Source: Limisphaerales bacterium
GTDB taxonomy: Bacteria; Verrucomicrobiota; Verrucomicrobiia; Limisphaerales; Palsa-1400
Direction of reading: 5' to 3'
Assembly: GCA_052325505.1 (NCBI GenBank)
Contig: JBKQUS010000097.1
Coordinates: forward strand, 14,066-78,065
DNA: 64,000 bases
The position numbers and the translations under genes were made by a program. The notes beneath the pieces are model-generated. The model did not search any database. It was not told the origin of the DNA and worked only from the letters and a program-made list of their open reading frames with translations. Positions 36,764-45,192 of the stretch are shown here, one piece after another; positions within the stretch are counted from its first letter, which is position 1, and every line of letters begins with the position of its first letter.

Positions 36764-37971
36764 ACCTCGCCGCGCAAGACATTCGCCACAACCTCGCCCG
36801 CTTCGGCCTGACCGCCTGCGGCATCGGCCTGCTGCTGATGATTGTGCTCGGCATGGGCGGTATTTATCGGGGGCTGGTGTATGAGGCGACGCTGCTGGTA
36901 GACCGCGTGAACGCCGACTTGTGGGTGGTGCAACGCAACACGCGCGGCCCGTTTGCCGAAGTTTCTTCCGTGCCGGCGAACGTCGAAAACCGCGTGCTGG
37001 CCGTGCCCGGCGTGGCATCGTCGCGGCGGTTTGTCTATTGGACCATCCAACGCGAGCTCGCCGGCCGGCCCTTGCGCCTAGCCATCCAGGGTTTGGTCTG
37101 GCCTTACGACAACGGCGATTGGCTGCCGCTGGCGACGGGCCGGCCGCTGGGCCAGGCGCATTATGAAATGGTCGCCGACCGCAGCCTGGGCCTCCCACTC
37201 GGCGAGCGGGTCAAATTGGGCAAGGATTTTTACACGGTCGTCGGCGTCACCCACGGCATGACCTCCGCCTCCGGTGATGGCATGGCCTTCTTCTCGCTGC
37301 CCGACGCGCAGGCGATCCAGTTCGACGAACCGGGTGAAGCCATCCGATTGCAGCGCAACACCCGCGCCGCACAAATGCAGTCACAAGACCTCGGCCAGCA
37401 ACAACCCGGCCTGCTGACGCGCGTCTCCGGCCTCACGGCAAATCTGCCTGCCATCCTGCCGCCGACGGTCAGCGCGGTGCTGGTGAAGCTGGCACCCGGT
37501 GCGGATGCGCAAGCGGTCATCACCACCATCCAAGGCTGGCCGGACTTGACGGTCTATACGAGCGATCAACAGTGTGACCTGCTGGTGCGCGGGTTCGTGG
37601 ACCGCTCGCGGCGGCAGTTGGGATTGTTCCGGGCCATCCTGGTGGTCGTTTCCACCATCATCCTGACGCTCATCCTCTACACGCTCACGCTCGACAAAAC
37701 GCACGACATCGCAATGCTCAAGCTCATGGGCGCGCGTAACCGGGTCATCATCGGCCTGATATTGCAGCAGGCGCTTCTGCTCGGCGCAATCGGTTACGGC
37801 CTGGCGGCGTTGCTCGGGCACTGGCTGTTTCCATTGTTCCCGCGTCGCGTCGTCATCACCGCGCCGGATTTCTGGCTGCTGGCGCTGGTCGTCGCGGGCA
37901 TCGCCGTTTTCGCCAGCCTGTTGGGGATTTGGAAGGCCATGCGAATTTCACCGAACACCGTCCTGTCATGA
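36760..37971 (+). CDS. ABC transporter permease, FtsX/MacB-type
   Basis: It is 403 aa with an N-terminal TM, a large periplasmic domain and a C-terminal FtsX-like 3-TM bundle. ATGA overlaps occur at both ends. Confidence 0.8.
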   Translation: MNLAAQDIRHNLARFGLTACGIGLLLMIVLGMGGIYRGLVYEATLLVDRVNADLWVVQRNTRGPFAEVSSVPANVENRVLAVPGVASSRRFVYWTIQRELAGRPLRLAIQGLVWPYDNGDWLPLATGRPLGQAHYEMVADRSLGLPLGERVKLGKDFYTVVGVTHGMTSASGDGMAFFSLPDAQAIQFDEPGEAIRLQRNTRAAQMQSQDLGQQQPGLLTRVSGLTANLPAILPPTVSAVLVKLAPGADAQAVITTIQGWPDLTVYTSDQQCDLLVRGFVDRSRRQLGLFRAILVVVSTIILTLILYTLTLDKTHDIAMLKLMGARNRVIIGLILQQALLLGAIGYGLAALLGHWLFPLFPRRVVITAPDFWLLALVVAGIAVFASLLGIWKAMRISPNTVLS

Positions 37972-38717
37972 ACTCCACCGCCAATCCCTCCACGCCCGCA
38001 CTTGAGGCCATCGGCCTGACCAAGATTTATGGCAGCGGCAATACGGAAGTCGTGGCCATGAACGACGTGACGCTGCGCATCGAGCGCGGGGAAGTGATCG
38101 CGCTGCTGGGGCCGAGCGGCGCGGGGAAAACCACGCTGCTCACCGCGCTGGGCCTGATCAATCCGCCCACGGCCGGGCGCATCACGATGGGCGGGGAACC
38201 GGTCATGGACGGGCCGCACGGATTGGTCAACCTGGCTGCGTTCCGACGCAAGCATCTGGGCTTCGTGTTTCAAAAGGCAAACCTGATTCCGTTTTTGAAC
38301 GCGGCGCAAAATGTCCAGGTGGCGCTGGAAATCAATGATGTCCTTCCCCGCCTGGCCCGGCAGCGCGCGCTGGAACTGATGGAATATCTTGGCGTGGCCG
38401 ACCGCGCCAGCCATCTGCCCAACGCGCTTTCCGGCGGCCAGCAACAGCGCGTCGCCGTGGCCCGCGCGCTGGCCAACGAGCCGAGCTTGATTCTGGCCGA
38501 CGAACCCACCGCCGCGCTGGACGGCCATCGCGGACGCCAGGTGATGGAACTGTTCCGCAAAGTGGCGCACGAACGCGGCGCGGGCGTCATCGTCGTGACG
38601 CACGATCACCGGGCGCTGGATGTGTTCGACCGCGTGGTGGAAATGGAAGACGGGCGGTTGAAATCAACGCCGGCAAACGCTTTGAACACCAAAACACAAG
38701 ATAGGAAAACAACATGA
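37968..38717 (+). CDS. ABC transporter ATP-binding protein (MacB/LolD-like)
   Basis: Walker A is GPSGAGKTT, the signature is [15 protein letters not shown], and Walker B is LILADEPT. The start is ATG 37968. Confidence 0.9.
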   Translation: MNSTANPSTPALEAIGLTKIYGSGNTEVVAMNDVTLRIERGEVIALLGPSGAGKTTLLTALGLINPPTAGRITMGGEPVMDGPHGLVNLAAFRRKHLGFVFQKANLIPFLNAAQNVQVALEINDVLPRLARQRALELMEYLGVADRASHLPNALSGGQQQRVAVARALANEPSLILADEPTAALDGHRGRQVMELFRKVAHERGAGVIVVTHDHRALDVFDRVVEMEDGRLKSTPANALNTKTQDRKTT

Positions 38718-38944
38718 AAATACAAATCCTCGGCACCGGCTGCGCCAAATGCAACGTCCTGACGATGGCCGCAGAAAAGGCCGCGCAAACGCTTGGCCTG
38801 GCTTACGAACTGGAAAAAGTCACCGACCTGAAGCAAATCATGGCGTTCGGCGTGATGACAACGCCCGCGCTGGTTGTGGACGGCAAGGTGAAGGTGAGCG
38901 GCAAAGTGCCGTCCGTGGAAGAAATCAAAAAACTGCTCGCGTGA
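38714..38944 (+). CDS. Small thioredoxin-fold protein (redox-active disulfide protein 2 type)
   Basis: The 76-aa product is [16 protein letters not shown]...TPALVVDGKV. Confidence 0.8.
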   Translation: MKIQILGTGCAKCNVLTMAAEKAAQTLGLAYELEKVTDLKQIMAFGVMTTPALVVDGKVKVSGKVPSVEEIKKLLA

Positions 38945-38965
38945 ACCGTAAGAACAAAACCGATT

Positions 38966-39448
38966 ATGAAAACACCCCTGAAACTCGCCATTGTGGCCGC
39001 GCTTGTCGTGACCGTGGTTGCTGCCGTAACCCTTAAACAGAACAAATTAAAAGCCCCTGCTGAAACCGACGCCGTGGCCGTGACCGCAGTCACTAACGCG
39101 CCAAGGGAAAACACCGGCGGGAAGACCGCGCCCGTTGCCAACGCCAAGCTTCCCAAACTCCTCGATCTCGGCGCGGGCAAATGCATCCCGTGCAAAATGA
39201 TGTTCCCGGTGCTGGACGAGTTGAAAAAGGAATACGCCGGTAAGTTGAACGTGGAATTCATTGACGTGTGGGAAAATCCCGACGCCGCGAAGCCATACGG
39301 CATCGAGGTGATTCCCACGCAGATTCTCTACGACGCAGACGGCAAGGAACTGTTCCGCCACGTCGGCTTTTTTGCGAAGGAAGACATTCTGGCCAAGTGG
39401 AAGGAATTGGGCGTGAATTTCACGGACAAATCAAATAACGGCAAGTGA
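38966..39448 (+). CDS. Membrane-anchored/exported thioredoxin-like protein (TlpA/ResA-like)
   Basis: It has an N-terminal anchor (LKLAIVAALVVTVVAAV) and a CxxC site, GAGKCIPCKMMFPVL. Confidence 0.8.
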   Translation: MKTPLKLAIVAALVVTVVAAVTLKQNKLKAPAETDAVAVTAVTNAPRENTGGKTAPVANAKLPKLLDLGAGKCIPCKMMFPVLDELKKEYAGKLNVEFIDVWENPDAAKPYGIEVIPTQILYDADGKELFRHVGFFAKEDILAKWKELGVNFTDKSNNGK

Positions 39449-39463
39449 GGCTTTGGCCTGCGC

Positions 39464-39703
39464 ATGAGATCAAACACCAAAATCCTTCTGGCCGGCGCAT
39501 TGTTGATTGCCCTGTTGGCGTGGTCATCGGCATGGCGCGGATCGCGTTCCGACAGCGCGGGCCAGAGTTGCGGAGCTTGCTGTCCGTTCCTTTCCGCGCC
39601 GAATGCAATGCGGATGCCCTCCGGCACAAACGCAATAACAACCAACCGCACATCCAGTCCGTCATCCATCACGAACTTTACGCCATTACCCACACAACCA
39701 TAA
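39464..39703 (+). CDS. Hypothetical small anchored Cys-rich protein (CGACCP motif)
   Basis: The 79-aa ORF fills an otherwise unexplained 260-nt gap in a tightly packed operon. It has an N-terminal TM (ILLAGALLIALLAWSSAW) followed by SCGACCPF. The C-terminal half is low-complexity. Confidence 0.3.
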   Translation: MRSNTKILLAGALLIALLAWSSAWRGSRSDSAGQSCGACCPFLSAPNAMRMPSGTNAITTNRTSSPSSITNFTPLPTQP

Positions 39704-39708
39704 CCACC

Positions 39709-40083
39709 ATGAACTCAAAACCGCAATGCACTTGTTCGTCCGCGCCCAAACTCATTTTTCCGTGTTCAGGCGCTTCCGACGTGGGCGGCCTTGCTGACCT
39801 CGCCGCACGGCAAATGACTCTCGACCAAACCGGCAAGATGTATTGTCTGGCCGGCATCGGCGGACGCGTCAACACCATCATCGAGACGACCAGGGACGCC
39901 GCGAAAATTCTGGTGATTGACGGCTGCCCGCAGGAATGCGCCCGCAAAACGATGGAGCAAGCCGGATTCACCGGGTTCCAACACTTGAAGCTGGCCAGCC
40001 TGGGTCTTCACAAGGGTTCCAGCCCGGCCACGGACGAAAATATCCGCCTCGTTGCCAACCGAGGTGCTGAACTTCTCGCGTGA
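39709..40083 (+). CDS. DGC-domain putative zinc-binding protein
   Basis: Motifs are CTCSSAPKLIFPCSGASDVG and VIDGCPQECARK. The start is ATG 39709. Confidence 0.65.
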   Translation: MNSKPQCTCSSAPKLIFPCSGASDVGGLADLAARQMTLDQTGKMYCLAGIGGRVNTIIETTRDAAKILVIDGCPQECARKTMEQAGFTGFQHLKLASLGLHKGSSPATDENIRLVANRGAELLA

Positions 40084-40092
40084 GGTCGCTTT

Positions 40093-40554
40093 ATGAAACA
40101 AATCTTTCTTTGGTTCGTAATGTTGCTGGTCGTGGCGGCGGTTTCCGTCGTGGCGGCAGACAGTCCCACCCTCAAGCCGTCCGAGCCTGCGCCCGTCGCG
40201 ACCAACGCGCCGGGCCAGCAAGTCATCGCGTATTATTTTCACGGCACCGTCCGCTGCGAAACCTGCCTGAAGATCGAGCAACAGGCCAAGGCGGTGATTG
40301 AGCGGAAATTTAAGGCAGAACTGGACGCACACCGGTTGGTGTTCAAACCGGTGAATTACGACCTGCCGGAGAATGCTCATTTTCTGTTGGATTACAAATT
40401 GCCGTGCCCTTCGCTGGTGCTGGTCCGGCAGCCAGGCGGCAAGGACGACAAATGGACGCTGCTCGGCGGCACCTGGCAATTGGTCGAAGACCCGGTGAAG
40501 TTCAATGCCTACATCGAAACCGAAGTGAACAAGTTTTTGAGCATTCCCCAATAA
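40093..40554 (+). CDS. Exported thioredoxin-like-fold CxxC protein (possibly ArsF-like family)
   Basis: It has a signal peptide (MKQIFLWFVMLLVVAAVSVVA) and the motif FHGTVRCETCLKIE. The family name is recalled from annotation practice and is not verified. Confidence 0.55.
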   Translation: MKQIFLWFVMLLVVAAVSVVAADSPTLKPSEPAPVATNAPGQQVIAYYFHGTVRCETCLKIEQQAKAVIERKFKAELDAHRLVFKPVNYDLPENAHFLLDYKLPCPSLVLVRQPGGKDDKWTLLGGTWQLVEDPVKFNAYIETEVNKFLSIPQ

Positions 40555-40578
40555 CCACCGCGGCATCACGATCAAGCC

Positions 40579-41277
40579 ATGGAACAACTCTTCACCGCAC
40601 TTGGCCACGCCGTCGAGGGTGCGCCGCTGATCGCGCTGGCGGCGGCGATGGCGTGGGGCGTTTTGAGCATCCTTTTAAGCCCCTGCCATCTGGCGAGCAT
40701 CCCGCTGATTGTGGGATTCATCAGCGAACAAGGCAAAGTCACGGTGCGGCGGGCGTTCTGGACATCGGTTCTTTTCGCAGTGGGCATTCTCATCACCATC
40801 GCGGCCATTGGCGCAATCACAGCGGCGGCGGGCCGGATGCTGGGTGATGTGGGGCGGTATGGAAATTATTTTGTGGCGGTGATTTTCTTTGTCGTCGGGC
40901 TGCATCTGCTGGGCGTGATTCCGATGCCGTGGTCAGGATCGGGACAAGTAGGCATGAAGCGGAAAGGATTGCTCGCCGCGTTCGTGCTTGGCTTGGTGTT
41001 TGGCATCGCGCTCGGCCCCTGCACATTTGCCTACATGGCCCCGATGCTGGGGGTGACTTTCAAACTGGCCAAGACCGCGCCACTTTACGGAGTGGCCTTG
41101 TTGGTGGCGTATGGCGTGGGGCATTGCGCCGTGATTGTGGCGGCGGGGACTTCGACGGAACTGGTGCAACGCTTTCTGAACTGGAACGAGCAATCGAAGG
41201 GCGTGGCCGTGGTGAAAATCATTTGTGGCATCCTTGTCCTACTTGGCGGTGTATGGCTCATCTATTCCGCGCTGTGA
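40579..41277 (+). CDS. ccdA: CcdA/DsbD-family transmembrane thiol:disulfide electron transporter
   Basis: It has 6 TM segments. The two conserved Cys motifs are LSPCHLASIP and ALGPCTFAYMAP. Confidence 0.8.
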   Translation: MEQLFTALGHAVEGAPLIALAAAMAWGVLSILLSPCHLASIPLIVGFISEQGKVTVRRAFWTSVLFAVGILITIAAIGAITAAAGRMLGDVGRYGNYFVAVIFFVVGLHLLGVIPMPWSGSGQVGMKRKGLLAAFVLGLVFGIALGPCTFAYMAPMLGVTFKLAKTAPLYGVALLVAYGVGHCAVIVAAGTSTELVQRFLNWNEQSKGVAVVKIICGILVLLGGVWLIYSAL

Positions 41278-41335
41278 ATCTTGCTCGACGGTGAAATGAT
41301 GGCAAACGGACTTCGCCATTTGCGCCTTCGAGTGA

Positions 41336-42100
41336 TCAGCGGCTAATCAGATCCGCCAAATTCCGAGCAACCAACCCGAAGCCCAACAGAACCACGCACC
41401 AGGCAAAGCCCCGACGCAAGACGCCGGCGGATAATTTTTTCGCGAGCACCGCGCCGATAATCATTCCCACCATCGCCGCCAGCAGAAAGCCGAGCGTGAG
41501 CCGCCAGTCAAAGTTTGCATAGCGCAGTTGGCCGACCAGGCCGCCGACGCAATTCACCGCGATGATCGCCAGCGACGTGCCGATGGCCGGCTTCATTTCC
41601 AGCCCGGCCAACAAAACGAGTGCCGGCAGAATCAGAAATCCGCCGCCCACACCCAGAAACCCCGTCAGCACGCCCACGGCAACGCCGACGACGAGACAGC
41701 GCACCGGACGACATTCCTGCGCCGCCGCCTTCGCCTCGCCTTTGCACAGCAGCCTGATGCCGACGACGAGCATCAGCGCGCCAAAGAGAAACATCAGCAT
41801 CGGCGCGGAAACCAGATGCGTCAATTTCGCGCCAACAAATGCGCCGGCCATTCCGCTCACGGAAAAGAACGCCGCCGCCCGCCAATCGAAAGCGCCTTGC
41901 CGCAGATTGAGCAGCGTGCCAAGCGCGCTCGTGCCACCCACGATGACCAGCGACATGCCCACGGCTTGTTGGGCGGGGACTTTGGCAACATAAACCAACA
42001 CCGGCAGGGTGATGATTGAACCGCCGCTGCCGAGCAGTCCCAGCGAAAGCCCAATCAACGCGGCCAGGGTCAGGGCGAAACTGAACGTCAGTAAATCCAT
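41336..42100 (-). CDS. TauE/SafE (DUF81) family anion exporter
   Basis: It is 254 aa with 7-8 TM segments. The repeated halves are Gly-rich (LLGSGGSIITLPVL, FLGVGGGFLILPAL). Confidence 0.8.
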   Translation of the reverse strand: MDLLTFSFALTLAALIGLSLGLLGSGGSIITLPVLVYVAKVPAQQAVGMSLVIVGGTSALGTLLNLRQGAFDWRAAAFFSVSGMAGAFVGAKLTHLVSAPMLMFLFGALMLVVGIRLLCKGEAKAAAQECRPVRCLVVGVAVGVLTGFLGVGGGFLILPALVLLAGLEMKPAIGTSLAIIAVNCVGGLVGQLRYANFDWRLTLGFLLAAMVGMIIGAVLAKKLSAGVLRRGFAWCVVLLGFGLVARNLADLISR

Positions 42101-42552
42101 GGAATGAAACGCCGAACGCGTCGCTCATAGCCCGCGTAATTCGGGAATTGCTGCCGCAGCCAACGTTCTTCGTGCCGGGCTTTGGCATCAATGAAAACAC
42201 CCAGCACCAGGGAAGCGACCAAGTCCGGCCAGCTTTGAAAGATGAGCGCCGACCCGACGGCGGCACAAAAAACGGAAGTGTAAAGCGGATGCCGAATCAA
42301 AGCGTAAATGCCATGCTGGACAAACTGCGCCGTTGCAGATGGCTTGGGAAAGGGCGTCAGGTTTCGTCCCAATGCCAGCGTCCCAGCGAGGCCACAAATC
42401 GTGGAGGCCACGAGAAAGACCAAACCGAAAAGGAAATGTGGAAGCGACTTCGATGTCGCGCGACCGGTGAGATCCAGCCCGGCAATGGCCAATAGCAGCA
42501 GGAATTGTCCCACCACCCACCAACCGCCGCGTTGGACAAAGCCGTTATTCAT
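42088..42552 (-). CDS. Membrane methyltransferase, isoprenylcysteine carboxyl methyltransferase (ICMT)/PEMT-like family
   Basis: Motifs are GIYALIRHPLYTSVF and RHEERWLRQQFPNYAGYERRVRRFIP. The internal ATG at 42552 is chosen because the track start at 42663 would overlap the upstream gene by 119 nt. Confidence 0.7.
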   Translation of the reverse strand: MNNGFVQRGGWWVVGQFLLLLAIAGLDLTGRATSKSLPHFLFGLVFLVASTICGLAGTLALGRNLTPFPKPSATAQFVQHGIYALIRHPLYTSVFCAAVGSALIFQSWPDLVASLVLGVFIDAKARHEERWLRQQFPNYAGYERRVRRFIPWIY

Positions 42553-43147
42553 GGCGGCGGGCGAGAATTTGCACCACCGCGCCGCGCCCCGTGTGGCCAT
42601 CGCCTTCGACAACATCGCGTTCAAATTCGCGGCCAACCAGCAATTCCAATCCCGCAAGTTCATCCCGTAGGCCAGCCAGAGTCATGAGGAGTTCAGAAGA
42701 TTTTGGGCCGCCAGTCCCCAAAGCCAATTCTGCCAGAGTGTAGGCTTCAAGAACGAACACTCCGCCGGACCGCAAACCACGCACCGCTTGAGCGTGAACT
42801 TTGCGGCGAATTGCGGGCGGCAAATGGGCAAACGTGGCCACGATTCCCGCCCAAGCTCCCGGCTCGATGGTGAAGTTTCCAAGGTCAGCAAGCACTGTTT
42901 CTATTTCAACGCCGCGTGCCGCCGCGAGTTGCCGGGCTTTGGCTAAACCGGCTGCGGATTGATCCACCGCCGTCACCCGATGGCCGAGGGTTGCGAGGTG
43001 AACAGCGTTGCGTCCCTCACCTTCCGCGAGACAAAGCACCGGCCCGACGGGAATCTGTGACGCCATTTCAGCCACGAAAGAATTTGGTGTTTCGCCGTAA
43101 ATATATTGTGGCGCGGCAAAGCGGTTGTCCCAAAATTCGGCGTCCAT
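42545..43147 (-). CDS. Class I SAM-dependent methyltransferase (TehB-like size and layout)
   Basis: The N-terminus is FWDNRF...YIYGETP. The SAM motif I is VLCLAEGEGRNAVHLATLGHRVTAVD. Confidence 0.7.
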   Translation of the reverse strand: MDAEFWDNRFAAPQYIYGETPNSFVAEMASQIPVGPVLCLAEGEGRNAVHLATLGHRVTAVDQSAAGLAKARQLAAARGVEIETVLADLGNFTIEPGAWAGIVATFAHLPPAIRRKVHAQAVRGLRSGGVFVLEAYTLAELALGTGGPKSSELLMTLAGLRDELAGLELLVGREFERDVVEGDGHTGRGAVVQILARRHE

Positions 43148-43150
43148 GAT

Positions 43151-43516
43151 TCAATTACTGTTCACAATTTTTTTCGCCCGGCCATAAGAGCCGAGGTTGA
43201 AGGCATTCGTGTAGCCCAAGGTTTTCAATTTGCTTTTCGCCATGCCGCTACGCATCCCGCTCGCGCAGTGCAGCAGCAGCCCCTGACTTTTGTCCTTCAC
43301 GCGCTTTGGCAGAGCGGTTTCAATTTCGTCGAGTGGGATGTTGATGGCCTTGGCCAGATGCCCGGAGTTGAATTCGCCGGGGCTGCGCACATCAATCACC
43401 AGCGCGCCGTTTTTAAGTTTTTCAAGTGCGTCTTTAGCCGAAATCTGACCGGATTTTTTTATCATAAAAAAGACCGTGACGACTGCCGCGATGATTAAAG
43501 TGGTTGTCCAATTCAT
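43151..43516 (-). CDS. Membrane-anchored rhodanese-domain sulfurtransferase
   Basis: It has an N-terminal TM (TTLIIAAVVTVFFMI) and the rhodanese active-site loop HCASGMRSG. The alternative start is 43558. Confidence 0.8.
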   Translation of the reverse strand: MNWTTTLIIAAVVTVFFMIKKSGQISAKDALEKLKNGALVIDVRSPGEFNSGHLAKAINIPLDEIETALPKRVKDKSQGLLLHCASGMRSGMAKSKLKTLGYTNAFNLGSYGRAKKIVNSN

Positions 43517-43520
43517 AGGG

Positions 43521-43739
43521 TCAATCCTTGTCGGTATCATCATCCGCTGCTTCACCAAGTTGTTTTCTAAAAAAATTCTTTACCGGGCAATGGCCGGTGA
43601 TGCCGGAGACAACCAAATACGCACTGACGAGAAACGTCAGCAGCAGCCACCATTGGCTGACCGCTTGCGACAGCCAGACACTGATGAGAATCAGTGCGCC
43701 GGCCAGAATCCAAACCAAGCTGTTCAACAACCTGTTCAT
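43521..43739 (-). CDS. DUF2892 (YgaP C-terminal-like) membrane protein
   Basis: The 72-aa product is WILAGALILISVWL...WWLLLTFLVSAYLVVSGITGHCPVKNFF. It lies adjacent to the rhodanese gene, giving a split YgaP-like layout. Confidence 0.65.
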   Translation of the reverse strand: MNRLLNSLVWILAGALILISVWLSQAVSQWWLLLTFLVSAYLVVSGITGHCPVKNFFRKQLGEAADDDTDKD

Positions 43740-43853
43740 GCTGGCATTGAGCCGCCGATTGGAAATAAGTTACAAAACTTGCGCGGGTGGGGAAATTTGA
43801 AGCGTGATTCGGCAGAACACGAACGGTTTGACGCCGGCAAAACGGCAATGAAA

Positions 43854-44099
43854 TTACTTCGCGGGAAATTTTTCTTTCCACTTTTTGCGTAAGGCATCGT
43901 GCATCTTTTCGCGGAATTGAATCGGCATCGCATACGGCTGGCCATCCTTGTAAAGCGTGATGGTCTTGCGGACGTTGTCCACGACGACCTGGCAGGGATT
44001 GCAGCCCGCCATGTGCTTCTCGAACTCTTCGCAGATTGCCGGGTCAACCGTGCCGTCCACATATTCATTCAACATTGCCAGTAGTTCTTCGCACTTCAT
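43854..44099 (-). CDS. Zinc-binding anti-sigma factor (ZAS, RsrA-like)
   Basis: The 81-aa product carries an HxxxCxxC motif (HMAGCNPC) plus an upstream Cys (DPAICEEF). It lies directly downstream of the ECF sigma gene. Confidence 0.8.
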   Translation of the reverse strand: MKCEELLAMLNEYVDGTVDPAICEEFEKHMAGCNPCQVVVDNVRKTITLYKDGQPYAMPIQFREKMHDALRKKWKEKFPAK

Positions 44100-44169
44100 G
44101 GTGTTTATCTCTTTGATGACCGAGCCGCCAGCCGGTTAAAAGTTACAAGGTTTTTGTCGAAGTTGTTTT

Positions 44170-44814
44170 TCATTCGTGGTGGTGAGGCAATCGAACCAAC
44201 TGCCGTTCGGGATCGCCCAAAACACGGGTCAAATCCTCGCGCAGTTGCAACCGGGCGCGGAGCAGCCGCACTTTCACATTGGCCTCGCTCAATTCGAGAA
44301 CTTCGGCGGTTTCTTTGACGGACAATCCCTCCACATCGCGCAGCAAAAACACCAAGCGATGCTTCTCATCCAGCCGTGTCAGCGCATCGTCCAGCAAACG
44401 GCGGATTTCATTTCGCTCCACCAGATGTTCCGGCGACTGCCGCCAGTCGGCGATGAATTCCGGGTGCGGAATGGAATTCAAATTATCGGATGGTTCCGTC
44501 GCCTCTTCCAAAGAAACAGTGTTCAGCCCTTTTCGTTTGCGGATGATTTTGAGCGCCGCATGGCTGGCAATGCGCAGCACCCAGGTTGAAAAGCTCGCCT
44601 CACCGCGAAAACCTTCAAGATTTTCCAGAACGCTCAAAAAAGTTTGCTGCGTGACATCCTCGGCGTCTTGTTCCTGTCGCAGCATCCGCATGGCCAGCCC
44701 ATAAACCCGCTGTTCGTAACGGTTGGTCAACGCCTCGAAAGCATCCAAGTCGCCCGCTTTGGCTAGGCGCACCAACTCGGCATCGGGCGTTTCTGGGGTG
44801 AGTTGATTGGTCAT
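44170..44814 (-). CDS. ECF (sigma-70 family group IV) sigma factor
   Basis: Region 2 is AFEALTNRYEQRVYGLAMRMLRQEQDAEDVTQQTF. Region 4 is LSVKETAEVLELSEANVKVRLLRAR. The start is ATG 44814. Confidence 0.85.
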   Translation of the reverse strand: MTNQLTPETPDAELVRLAKAGDLDAFEALTNRYEQRVYGLAMRMLRQEQDAEDVTQQTFLSVLENLEGFRGEASFSTWVLRIASHAALKIIRKRKGLNTVSLEEATEPSDNLNSIPHPEFIADWRQSPEHLVERNEIRRLLDDALTRLDEKHRLVFLLRDVEGLSVKETAEVLELSEANVKVRLLRARLQLREDLTRVLGDPERQLVRLPHHHE

Positions 44815-44884
44815 GCAATTTGACAACGTGATTATATTTGCATACCAAGTTGCAACAAGCCGCAACTTTTTTAATCGCGTCACC

Positions 44885-45172
44885 ATGCCAAAAACCGCTT
44901 CATTTCAAAACACTACCGAAGCAGCCATTAAGTTGATGGCAGCGCGTTTTCGTGCATTGGGGGAAGTCAGCCGGCTCAAGTTGATTTTCGCCGTCGGCAA
45001 TGGCGAGAAGAATGTGTCGCAGTTGATCGCCGCCACCGGCTTGTCCCAGGCGAATGTTTCCAAACACCTCAAGATTCTGACCGACAGCGGTATCTTCGCC
45101 CGCCGCAAGCAGGGTATTTATGTGTTTTATTCCGCGACCGATTCCTCTGTTTTCAAGCTGTGCAAAGTTTGA
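44885..45172 (+). CDS. ArsR-family wHTH regulator (no obvious metal-binding Cys)
   Basis: Motifs are RALGEVSRLKLIFAV and VSKHLKILTDSGIFARRKQG. The start is ATG 44885. Confidence 0.8.
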   Translation: MPKTASFQNTTEAAIKLMAARFRALGEVSRLKLIFAVGNGEKNVSQLIAATGLSQANVSKHLKILTDSGIFARRKQGIYVFYSATDSSVFKLCKV

Positions 45173-45192
45173 AACGAATCAGTCGGGAAATC

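Noticed and set aside
33284-37198. Long minus-strand ORFs 33284-34606 (440 aa) and 35567-37198 (543 aa)
   Set aside because: They are antisense to the arsR / FmdE-like / permease genes and to the adaptor / ABC permease genes, all of which carry clear family motifs. The translated sequences are low-complexity Arg/His/Gly-rich.
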